Assembly: GCA_028534125.1 (NCBI GenBank)
Contig: CM052824.1
Location: 58,404,001-58,468,000 of the forward strand
Source of the DNA: Lama glama
Lineage: Eukaryota
DNA: 64,000 bases
Direction of reading: 5' to 3'
Part shown: in pieces, positions 1 to 13,195 of the stretch
How the letters are laid out: each line of letters starts with the position of its first letter
Position numbering within the stretch: position 1 is the first letter of the stretch
Notes under the pieces: generated by a model
What the model was told of the DNA's origin: nothing
Database searches by the model: none
Seen by the model: only the letters and a program-made list of their open reading frames with translations
Made by a program: the position numbers and the translations under genes

Positions 1-87
1 GGGAAGAGGTGCCATCTGCGGAGCCCGCTCCACACTGCCGGCCTGGTAGTGTCTGTAGTCCTTACTTCACCCTGTGGGGTGTTCTTG

Positions 88-155
88 GTCCATTTCACAG
101 ATGGGGAGACTGAGTCCCAGAGAGGTTGAGCACCTTTCTGAGGGTCACACAGCTT
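88..155 (+). mobile_element. MIR fragment
   Basis: catttcacagatggggagactgagtcccagagaggttgag...ggtcacacagct is the MIR core. Confidence 0.65.
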
Positions 156-591
156 ACATGGAAAAACCAACATGATGTCTGTATTGTGCCCACACCTGCT
201 TTGATAGGGAACAGTTAAATGTCACTCAGCGTGGGGGAAAGAACTCTCCTGGGGGCAGACGAATGAGGGGTTCCTGGGCAGGGACCCAGGGGCCACCTGG
301 CTGGACCCTCTGATCCTCAGAAACTGCTTTGATTTCTGCCCCGCCCCCCCCCCAGGGTCTGAGGCCTAGACTCGGAGAGTAGGGTCAGGGCCTAGGAGGC
401 CACTAGCTAAGGAGCAGTGGGAGTGGTGGAAGCGTCCCTGAACTGGGAGGCTTGAGACCTGGCTCTCAAAAAGGGGGTGGTGATGTAACCCATGCCCCAC
501 CTCCTTGGACAGTCTCGGGGGTGAAATGTAGGAGGGCATGCCCAGTGCAGCCTGGTATGCTGTGAAGGGCAGTGCACACATGGGGCTGTGA

Positions 592-2913
<2,322 letters not shown>

Positions 2914-4907
2914 GGCTTGCCTGTTCCTCCCTAGATCGCCAGGCTGGCCGGACCGCCCGCGGGGCCAAAGCACCAAAGATGCCACCCTGGCCCGGCCCGT
3001 GCCCTGGGCAGGCTGCGCTGAGCCCGCCAAATGCGCCCGGGCGTGCCAGCCCTCCTAAGGCGACAGGGCAACGGCTCTCTGCCAGCCCTGGGAAGTGGCC
3101 ATTGCCTAGAGGGACGACAGCTGCCCCGGACGACCACACTGGGCACGGACCAGCCGCTGGGCAGGGCATTCCAGAGCAGAGTGAGGCTGGGGCTTGGGGA
3201 AAGGCGGGCTCTGCACGGGGCAGCTGGGCGGGGAGTGGCGTGTGGGGAGCCCAGGGACAGGGCTACCACTGGATGGAACAAAAGCCCAGCCCTGCAGAAG
3301 CCACCAGATTGCACCCACCTTTCCACTCTGCACTGTAATTGTCACACCTCAGGGGGTGGGGTACGGAGGGTCTCTAAGCACAGGGGTCTTCAGAGCCCCA
3401 ACCAAGTTCTCTGAGCAGGTCTCCCGGCTGACCTGTTCTGCCTCGGTTTACCCATCCATGATGAGCAGGTGACCATGTTAACTCTCAGGACTGTTTGAAC
3501 AAGTCTCCTAGTCTGTGTGCCCTAGCCACTGCGTGGACAGGGAATGAGAGAGAGTCTCGGGCTCTTCATGGGTCCTTTGTAGGGGCCAGTCTTCAGTGTG
3601 TGGCCCCCAAGCCTGAGGCCTCCCACGCTTAGTGTCCCTGGCCCCCTTGGGAACTCTCCCCACCCCCAGCTAAAGCACAACACTCCTGCACCATCACCGT
3701 TGGCACCACACCCACCGTGACCACTATTAGTGTCCTCACCCTCATCACTGCCTTCATTGCCTATGCCCACCATGTCAGCCACCTCTGTGACTCCCACCAT
3801 GAAGATCGTGGGTACATGGTGGAAAGGATTGACGCAGAGGGGAAGTGGGCTTCCTTTTCTTGGTGCCCATCCCCAACCTGTACAGGTCTGGCCAGAAGGG
3901 ATCTTGGCTTAGAGGCCTTCCAGATTCTGAGTTTAGGGCCCAGTACCTGGTGAGCACCTTCCTCCACCCTGGGGCAGGGCTCCTTGTTGCTCTCCATCCT
4001 GGGCAGACCTTTGGCAGGCCTGAGCTTGGCCATGGGCCTAGGGAGGGCCTGCTGGCTCTTCCATGGAGAAAACCCTAGATTCAGGCTAAGGAGAAGCGCA
4101 GGAACAGCTGTGACCTTGAGCTGGATGGATGAGTGAATGCAAAGGCTGTTGACGGTCTCATCCTGTTTCCTGCCTCCATGCAGTGGCCTCTACACATGGA
4201 GACCTGGAATGGGTTCCAGGGTCGGCAAGGAGCTGGCCTACACCCTCTTCCCTCCTGCTCTGCAATCTGGAATTGCAGCACTGCCTCTGCGCCTCAGGTG
4301 GCCAAGCCTGGCTCCTCACCTTCCAGTTTCCCAGCTCCAGGGAAGCCTCTGGGAGTGGGGAGGATGGGGGGGGGCCTGCCCAGCTCTGTCTCAGCTTCAG
4401 AGTCCCCTTCAGTCTGGTTGTGGGGTATCTTACGGAGGATGAACTGGCCACAGGGGAGTAAGGCAGGGGCTCCAATCCAGCCTCAGCCGTAGGAGGCCTA
4501 TCTCGCCAATGCTGCTGTGCCTTCAAGGACCGACATGTCACGTGGGGGCAGAGGTCACCAGTTAGCCACTGCCCCCCTGCATCAGGCTGGCCAATTTGTC
4601 ACCTTGGGTTTTCACTGTATATTTCATATCCAACGGCAATACTTGCAGGGAGGCCTGGTCCCCTGAAGTCCCTCCAGTCCTGGTTTTTACAAAATTAAAA
4701 AGGAGGGAGGACTCCATGTGGGGGACCCCGTAGCCTGGATCTCCCTCACTTTGTCCAGCCTCCAGGCCTGTTTGCTGCCTTGGTAAGCAGCTTGACCCTG
4801 GGTTCATGGGGGAGGGAGCTCTGTCTTCATACCACCACCCAGCCCAGAGCCAGGGATCCGTTTGTAGTTTTTTTGACAACTGAGCATTTCTCTTCTGTAC
4901 AGAATCC

Positions 4908-4913
4908 AATAAA
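4908..4913 (+). terminator. Candidate GPR153 polyadenylation signal AATAAA
   Basis: AATAAA about 2 kb after the stop codon, following a U-rich tract (tttgtagtttttttg). Confidence 0.6.
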
Positions 4914-5341
4914 AACTTCCTGTGATTTGCACCAGGTAATCCCAGGCTCGTTTCATGGAAACACCTCTCTAGAGCCTAACAGCACGCTGGCCGGCTACCC
5001 CCATACATATCTCCTTCTGGGTTCTGAATGACTCCTCCATGCGCCCTTCCTTTGGGTCTGATTTGCTCCCTTTTCTACGCAAATCCTGCGACCCCACCCA
5101 GCGTGTGAGACAGGCTTGGAGCACTGGCAGGATGGGGTGGTGGGATGGGCTCTACAGCCCTAATAGAGGAAGGAGACGACCTAAGGGTTCCCTAGCCCCT
5201 GTGAGGTTGATTCTGGAGGTGAGAAGAGCAGAGCAGTTGCAGCCGGGCCTCGCGGCGGGAGTGGCGTACCCGTAGTGCAGGGTGACCCGCCCACCCACTG
5301 GGGCTGGAATTTGGAGGGCGCGCCCTGGGTCCGCGCTGCAA

Positions 5342-5361
5342 GATCGCCACCTGGTGGCCGG
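5342..5361 (-). promoter_or_regulatory. CTCF-like motif between the GPR153 and HES3 3' ends
   Basis: Minus strand reads CCGGCCACCAGGTGGCGATC, matching the CTCF core CCACCAGGTGGCG; lies in a small CpG-rich patch. Confidence 0.6.
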
Positions 5362-5949
5362 AAGGAGGATTAGTGCCGGGAAGCTGAGACCTGGGACCTC
5401 CGCTGGGGGGACCCGCTCCCCAGCGTGGCAGAGCCCGCTGGGTTGGGTAGGGGAGCAAGGCTTTCCTCTCCCCGGGGTACGACTAGGACGAGTTTAGCAC
5501 ACGGCAAGGTAGGGGCAGCCCAAAACGAGAAATGTTTCATATGAAGTTGATATTTGTAGTTCAGAAAGATTTACCTAAGCTGGCATTATGAGAGAAATGA
5601 GAACTTTCGTGGCATCTTTATACCCATTTCACAAGTTCGCACTCTTTATTCTTAACTTCAAGCTGGAAGAGGAGGTGCTGGGATCTCTTCGTAGGCTCAG
5701 CGCAGGATTCCTGTCCTCGACCCCCAGGCTGCCCCTTGCAGGCCGAGACTCCGAGACCCTCAAGTTAGACTCCGAGCAATGACCTCATTTTCTGACGAAT
5801 AAACCGTCGCAGAGCGCACCAAGAGCTGTCAAGGGTGGTGGGCTCCCTGGGGGCCCCAAAGTTCAGGAGGCGGAGACTGCGGGGCAGGGGAAGGGACCGG
5901 GCTGCCTGAGGCCGGGCTACGGGCAGGGGGCCTTTTCCGAGGGGAAAGG

Positions 5950-7100
5950 AGTGAGCTCTCCTTTGAGAGGAGCTGGGGGTTGCGCTAGCAAACCTCAAGC
6001 TGGTAGACTGTTCGCGGGCTTCCCACTAGGAGCCGCGCAGGGCGGGGCGTCGGGTGGCCGGGGCGGTGGGCGGAGCATCTCACAGGGCGGGGCTGGAGCG
6101 CTGAGCTGGCCTCAGGGCAGGAGCGCTAGGGAGGGGGTTTCAGAGAGGGGTTGGATTCGGAGCGCGCGCCAGCGGGTGGGCCGCACAGCGTGCAGAGGGG
6201 GTGGGGATCCGTGGAAGCCGAGGGGTGGGCTGGGGGTCCCTCGCCGGCGGGGCGGGGCCTGGCGCGCTTTGTGCCGGTGGGAACCGGGCGTCCCAGGACG
6301 GCTGAATGGGCTGGGGCGGGGCAGTAATTCTCCTCGCTGCGAGGGGTCCGCTCTGCGCCGCTGCCGACGGCGACCTTCCCACCGCGCCGCGGCCGCGGGG
6401 CGGGAGCGGGCTGCCCTCCAGGGGCCCTGGGAAAGGAGCGCAGCCCGGGACAGCCCCTCCCCGCCCCACTAGAGGCTGGGAGGAGAAAGTGGGTCCAGCC
6501 TAAGTGGGTAGGGTTGGGGCGGGGGTGGGTTATGTCTAGACGAATAGAACCCGGTGCAACTGTGGCTTCGTGTATTTCCCCGAGTTCGCGGATACGCGGC
6601 ACGCTCCAGGTCACCCCGTCCCAGGAACAGAGCCGATGACTAGGGTTCTGGCGTTCAAAATAGTCTTTGCGTTCCCAGGCCAGACGAGGGCCCCCTTGAG
6701 TCCCAGGCTGCGCCTAGGCCTCACCAGGGCCGCCACAAGCGCAGCTCCGGCCCCGGGCTGTCGGCGAAGCGACGAGACGCCGACTGCGGCGCTGGGACGC
6801 TGGTGGACGGGCTGGGAAGGCCTCCAGAGAAGAGAAGCCGGGGTGGCGGCGACGGCGAGCCGCCGGCGGCGGGAACGGGGACCCAAACCGCGGAGGCGCA
6901 GGGGCCTCGCCTGCCTGGCGCCTCAGGGCCGGAGCTGGCGCTGTCCATGGTGCTGCCACCCGCGCGCTCGTGCACCAGGGGGCAGCGCAGGCCGCCGCAG
7001 CCCTCCTCTCCGCGCCTCAAAAGCTGGCTAACGCCGGGCAGACAGCCGCGGAAGCACGACGGGTATTCGGCTCCGCTGGGGACCGGCCAGAGCCCTAGGG
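5950..7100. promoter_or_regulatory. CpG island over HES3 3' end
   Basis: Dense CpG/GC sequence by inspection; boundaries approximate. Confidence 0.7.
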
Positions 7101-7919
7101 GGAGGGGAGCGGACAAAAGAAATGTGGAAAGGAGGGGAGAACAGGGGAGAGGAGGAAGAAAGATGTAAAGAGGAGAGAGAAAAAGGGAGGGGAGAAGTGT
7201 GCAGCGGAGGGGAGGGAAGAAAAGGGAAGGGAGGCAACTCGAAAATCCCCTCGGAGTCCAGACCTTCGCCCACACGATTACAACTTCACAGCCAGCCAGG
7301 CCTTTGCTGCCTCTCCACTTAGAGCGATCTGGGGCCCCTTCTTCACTTAGTTGCCCACTGCCCTGAGCTTTCCTCTCCATTCATCCCTCCTTCATCTGGC
7401 TTCGTAGAATGCATGGCTCTGATCCCACAATTTCCCACACATACATACACACTCGCTCCTCGCCCCACCCCAGGCACCCCCGGTCTACCTTGCACCGAGT
7501 TCTGAAGGCTTTTCATGTACTTGACGCTGAGCTCCAGTATATCTGCCTTCTCCAACTTGCGTTTCCGGATCTACAGATCCGTGGAAAAGGCTTATAGCAC
7601 AGCAGCCCAGGTTCCAGGGGATGAGGCTGGGGATCGTATCACCGCCTACCTCCACCACATCCCCGTGTCTCACCTGGTGCGAATAGTGTTTCTCTAACAA
7701 TGATTTGAGTTGCTCCAGAGACACATTAATGCGCGCCCGTCGCTTCTTCTCCATCAGCGGCTTGGAGATCTGTGAATGAGTGGCAGTAAGAGAGTTGGGT
7801 CTCAGCCCTCTTGCCCTCTGCCCCCCACCGCCACCCCCGCATCCCTCGGGGCCCCAGACCTTGCGGAAGTTGCCAGCGGGGCCGCCAGAGCTGCCCTGGG
7901 TCTCGAGCTCAGTGCCCAT
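6721..7919 (-). CDS. HES3: Hes family bHLH transcription factor 3 (long form 203 aa; short form from MEKK, 178 aa)
   Basis: complement(join(7860..7919,7674..7769,7489..7570,6721..7094)), all GT-AG. MGTELETQGSSGGPAGNFRK / ISKPLMEKKRRARINVSLEQLKSLLEKHYSHQ / IRKRKLEKADILELSVKYMKSLQNSVQ / GLWPVPSG...ELRLWRPW*. bHLH plus terminal WRPW. The short-form ATG is at 7754. Confidence 0.95.
6937..6957 (-). promoter_or_regulatory. RE1/NRSE (REST-binding) motif inside HES3 last coding exon
   Basis: Minus strand GGCAGCACCATGGACAGCGCC versus consensus TTCAGCACCACGGACAGCGCC: 18/21 identical, both half-sites intact, canonical 2-bp spacer. Confidence 0.75.
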
Positions 7920-7927
7920 GTTGTCGT

Positions 7928-7984
7928 AACTGAGCCAGCCGGAGGCGGTGCTGCCTTTATAGGGCCCTCGTTTACATATCAATG
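7928..7984 (-). promoter_or_regulatory. HES3 core promoter: Sox-Oct-like element, TATA box and initiator
   Basis: Minus strand: CATTGATATGTAAAC (7984-7970), TATAAA (7961-7956) and TCAGTT Inr with A+1 at 7931, exactly 30 nt from the first T of the TATA box. Strong-Kozak ATG (ACAACATGG) at 7919. Confidence 0.7.
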
Positions 7985-9379
7985 AGGCGCTCCTGGACTT
8001 GCGGAGCCCCACGGGGGAGGGGATGGGAGGGGGACAGACAGGGAAGTTCCTCACCTCTCTCTGCTGACACCCTCCCTTAGCCCAGGCTTCGCCTCCAGGA
8101 CCCCTTCTCCTTCCCAAGGGACCCCTTGTACCCTTTCTCAGTCTGTCTTTTATCCCTCTCATCCCATCACTTCCTGAGTCTGGGAGTCCCTCCCATGCCC
8201 ATCTTCTCCATGCCCTGCCCCATCCAGTCTCCCTAGGTTCTGGGCCCTACCACCAGGCCCAGTGGGGGAGGTCCATGAGCCCAGCTGGCTGCAAGGCCCA
8301 ATAATGACTATGGTTGAGCACCGGGCCTTCTCAGGCCTGATGAAGATGCGGAGGCCAGGAGCACCCGCCAACGAGGCCTTTCTGCGGGCTTCACGCTCTG
8401 GCCGCGCTGGCAACGCTGCATTAGTCGCCCTAATGTCGGGACAATGCAGCGATTTTCTGCCTGTGGCCACTCAAAGCCAGGCGCAGGCCAGGCCCGCAGG
8501 GGCCACGCAGCAACATGTGTCCCATTAAAGCGTGCAGCCCGCCCGCAGGGCCACAGACAGCCTACTTCTGGCTGGGGGCTCAGGACCGGGAGCAATCCTG
8601 CACCAGGGTGCAGTCTGGCTCAGGTGCCCGCTGGCCTCGCTAGGACCCATCCCAAGCTGGGGGCAAGCTACAGGCAGCCTCAGGGCAGGGCAGTCAGAAT
8701 GGCCTCCCCCACTTTTACTCCTGAGTTTCCAGGTTGGACTGGACAATTCAAGCTCTGAGGACCCTTCTCCCCACCAGGGTAGGCATGGGAGTTTATTCCC
8801 CTCACCCCTGCCCCTTGGCCTTCTCTGGGTCCCTACCAATGGGAGGTGGGATGCATCTGGGGAGAACACCATTCTGAACATTTGGAGGTCCAGAATGCCA
8901 ACCCCCTTTCATTATTCAGGCTGTGGCGGGAGACCCAAGGAACTCAGAGGAGGCACATGCCCCAGGATGGGCTAGACCCTATGGTAGGACTCCAGGGCAG
9001 TGCCGGCTTGGGCTTCAGGAGGATGGACTCCAGTAGCTGTGAGGGATGGGAAGACTGGCGTCCAGGGGAGTCCCTGGGTTCAAACCTACCCATCTCCCTT
9101 TTCTGGGTTCTCTTGGCTTCAGTATCATGAACATGTAGGCCCCTATTGCTGCTTGTGAGGGAGATGCGGAAACTATGGATCCAGAAGTTCGGCAGTGGAG
9201 CCCTGGTCCCGAGGAATGAACAAATTGGCCTTTGCAGGGCCTCAGTGTGAGGGGGAGGGAAATCGCTGGGCCCTTGTGGGCCACTCCAGCTCCCTGGAGA
9301 CGAGGCATCCTCTTCCCCACCCGCCCCCGCTCGGGGTATTGATGGGCCCTGCCCAGTAGCGACGTTCCCAGGAGCCAAG

Positions 9380-10450
9380 CAGCGTGGAGAATCGCGCCCC
9401 GCCCTCCTTTCACACGGAGACTTCAGCGACAGCGGCTCCGAACAGTTCTTCCGCCCCGGCCTAAGGGCCGGCCGGCCAGATCCCGGCTGGCCCCGACCTG
9501 GTGCGGGCGGTGAAGCTGCGGCTGTATTGCGGGCGCTGGCACGCGCCGGGCAGCTTTGAAGCGCCGGAGCTGGCCTGGCCCAGTGGCTTCCGCGCGCTCG
9601 CTCCAGCTTGGGGCGGTGGAGGCGCGGTACAAAGGCGCCGCAGGGCAAGCGGGAGGCGCGACCGGGTACAAAGGGGGCAGCCGAGTGTTAAGGGCATTGT
9701 GCCGGCCCCACAAAGCCGCGCCCGCGCCCGCCCCCTCGGGGCCAAACTCCGGGCGCCCCGCCGCGCGCGGGCTTCCAGCTGCTGCACATCTGCACAGAGG
9801 ATGGGCGCGCGCCTCGCTCTGGCAGTCCCTCTCACTCCCTCCCCCGCTCTCTAGTCTTTCGGGCAGCCGGGCAATTTGTCCTCTAATTGTGATCCCTCCC
9901 CATAAACCGGCGCCCGAGCCTTTCAACTCCAGAGTATTAGCAAACCAATGGCCCTAGGCGCAGCTCTCGCGGCCCCGCAGCAGGGGCGCCGGGCCGGCCC
10001 CCTCTCCAGAGTTAGGGCCGCAATAAAGGGGCCCACGAGCCGTCGCCGTCTGCACCCTGGCACCTGCATCTCCTAGTGCCTCCACTCCTCTCCAGCCCTT
10101 GCCCTGAGATCCCGGCTACACTGGGTGGGGCTGCTCATGTGGGTGGCTTAGTGTTTCTTAAACAGTGGAAAATTGACCGCAAAATGCGCTAATTCGCAAT
10201 GTTCTGCTTTGGCTGCCGGAGGCGAGGCCGGCCCTGGCGCCTCGGGCGGAATTCGCAGCCATCAAGCTCCGCCCCCACCCGCTCGAAGGGCCTCCGCCTC
10301 TGCTGCTCCCCACCCCCACCCCGGCACTGCCCTCTGCGCCCCCTCCTGCCTCGGCACATCCTCGGCTGGAGTCTCCCCACCTAGGCCTATCGCCCCCCCT
10401 TTCCTGGGTTCCCTGCTGTGCCCCCCACCCCCGTCCCCCAGACCTCGCAC
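9380..10450. promoter_or_regulatory. Orphan CpG island upstream of HES3
   Basis: CpG-dense, no recognisable coding exon; contains clustered HMG-box motifs and a CCAAT (aaaccaatgg). Boundaries approximate. Confidence 0.65.
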
Positions 10451-12487
10451 GGCTCTCTTACCGCAAACAGCCCCCTTGGCCCGTTCCTTGCCTTAAGTTG
10501 GCTGAGGGTCGCACGGGACTCAAGGCTGAAAGGGATCTCCGTGCAAATTCCATCTCACCTTTTTCTTGTGCTCAGAAACCGCTTCCTCCCCACCCCACGC
10601 CTACCCTACCCCCGCCACCCCTTACCCCCAATTCGGGCTCCATCTTCTGGGCAGCCAGTTCCCCCGCTAAGTCAAAGGCAGAGTTTTGCGTTTGGCAAGT
10701 TCATTGGGAAAGCTAGATGAGTCTTCATCGCTCTCCTTCTCGGAGACCCAGGCTGGGGCCCCCGGGGCCCACTCCCTCCCCTAATCCGTTGGCAGGTTTT
10801 GCGCCTGGGCGTCCTACACACACTGAGGCAGGCCGGGCTCCGAGGACGCATGCTGAGGCAGGGGGAGGCGTTTTCCGAGGTGGGGAGTGCGCAGCGGGTT
10901 CTCGTCGTCCTCTGAGGGCCAGCGGGACGCGGTGCTCTCCGCCTGCCGACAAGGGCATGAACCAACTTAGAAACTGGGCTTATGCGAATCAGGATGTAGG
11001 CCACAGACTCCCTTTCCATCTTTAGCCTCTGGGATTCCCAGGGGGCTTGGAAAGGAGCACAAGTCCAGGCAGAGCGTTGGGGGGACAGAGGCTGCCCTCT
11101 GTTCATTCGGAATAATTCCTTCTATAAATTAGGAGAGCTCTGGAGACTACTCAAAACCCATTGCTTTCTCACGCTGGGGAATTTAAGGTCAAAAGTTACC
11201 TGTGCCTTTGTCTTCCCTTCCTCCATTTAGTTTTCTTGACTTTGGCAAAAGAAAGAACGTTCCAGATGCAGCCTCTCAGCCCTGGGTGGGAACCCCTTCC
11301 TTCCCGCAGCCCCAGACATTTAAAGCTACACTAACTGTTAAGTGCTTCAAAGGCCACTGCCAGTGCAGTGACTGGAGGGAGAAATGTGTGTCCCCCTGCA
11401 CAGATGCATTTCCAAATGGAATGAAGTGATCGCTCCATGTAATTAACTATTGGGACACAGCAAAAGCACTGAAATGACTCAGCCAATTGTCTCCAGATGG
11501 GGCTGGAGAGGCAGTGATTGTTTAACTCTCTTTAGCTGTGTTAGGACTCCGAATAGCCCGGCAGCCAAGGGCCCTCCAGGGGACAAAGCCTGGGACTCCC
11601 GTGAGTGCATCAACACTGAACCGGGCTGGCCCAGCACAGAGAAAGTGAATTCCGGGAGACCCTCATTGTCCCAGCCTTTTGTGCTTCTCCCCAGCTGGCT
11701 CTAATCTTTAAATATTTACCCGGCCCCTTTGTGCACATATGACTTATGCACTTCAGGCTGATATGCTCATAAATTATGCGTCATTTACCAGACTAGAGAG
11801 GGGGGCTCTCATGCCTGGAGCTGGGAATGGCCGGGGGGGGGGAAGGTGGGCTTTTAGAGGACTAGAGCAAGCTGCAGCCACACTGGGCAGGTACCTCCTA
11901 GCCTCTACGTGGGAAGTGGACGGGGCACAGACCTGTGAGTGACAAGGAGTCCCAGGAGGGCGCTCTAACAATGCCCGACTGGAGGCCCACCTGCGGGGAG
12001 GAGGGAGAGGCAGAGTTCCTGAACTGTTTCCTATTTGGGGTCAGGCTAGGACAGGGGCAGACTGTTCATCCCGGAAGCTGGTGTGCGTTGAGGTGTTTGG
12101 TTAATACCCCAGCCTTACACCTGCCTCCCACTTGCTCTGAGCATCCCGCCTTCCTACATTTCCTCTTGCTCAGTAAAGAAACCCTGTTCCAGAAAAGGGA
12201 GTCTAATTTCATCTCAGCCTGCAGTTTAACTTGGAAAAGTTAACATCATTCTGAGGGCTCTTAAACAGGTGGGATCCCCCCTTGGGCCCAGGATGGAAAG
12301 CCACCTCAGCTGGTGGGTGGATGGCTGGATGGGGGCAGGGAGGCCCTAGAGAGGGATCTTCCTGCATGAGAAAGGGACCCCTTTGTGCTTGCCTCACAGC
12401 TCCTAGAACAAAACACATTCAAATGCTTATTTAGAGGGGAGGGGGGTACGAAAAAGAAGACAAGCAAGGCATCCCCAGGCTGAGTTA

Positions 12488-12491
12488 TTTT

Positions 12492-12555
<64 letters not shown>

Positions 12556-12556
12556 T
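12488..12556. repeat. (TTTC)n microsatellite
   Basis: Perfect tetranucleotide run of roughly 16 units. Confidence 0.97.
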
Positions 12557-13175
12557 TTGGTGTAAGTTTGTTGTTCCTTTAGCCTGGGGGATGACAAGCT
12601 AGGGTGACACTGGAGAACTGGTGCAGAGTGGATTTGTTTGATCAGATTGCTTTCCTCTCTGGTGGGAAAGCAGGTCTCTGTGTTTGTCTTTCAGTCTGTG
12701 TGAAGTACTGTTTTTCTGTGCGCCTGTCCGGATCTCTGTGTGACTTTGTTCCTCTGGGTCTATGCCAGTGCATGCACACTTTTGCCTACTTGCCTTCCTC
12801 CTCCGTCACTGCTCTGTGAACTCTGGGCCTGACAGACTCAGCAACTCCAGTGACTTCTAAAAATTCCCCTTCCCTCTGGTCTGGCCCTACCTGGGCGGGG
12901 GTTGCCTCCCCTTTTTTCTCCCTCCCCAAGATGGTACTGACGGAGAGGTATGGTCTAAGAAGACTTGATGGGCAGAGGAGAGAGGGCAGCTCCTGCCCAC
13001 CAGTCTGGATTACATGTTACTCTGTGCCCCTCCCCCAGAACAAGGGACTGTCCCTGTGGGGTAAATCAGGACCATAAGTCAACATGGAGAGTAGAGGCCA
13101 ATGGCCAGAAAAGGAGCTTCCTGGGAGCAGCCCTCTGCCCCGGAACCAGACTCACTCCCAGGAGTGAAGATGCAG

Positions 13176-13195
13176 CGAGCACCCTCTAGTGGCCC
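13176..13195 (-). promoter_or_regulatory. CTCF-like motif between HES3 and ICMT
   Basis: Minus strand GGCCACTAGAGGGTGCTCG; one C>T change from CCACTAGAGGGCGC. Confidence 0.5.
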
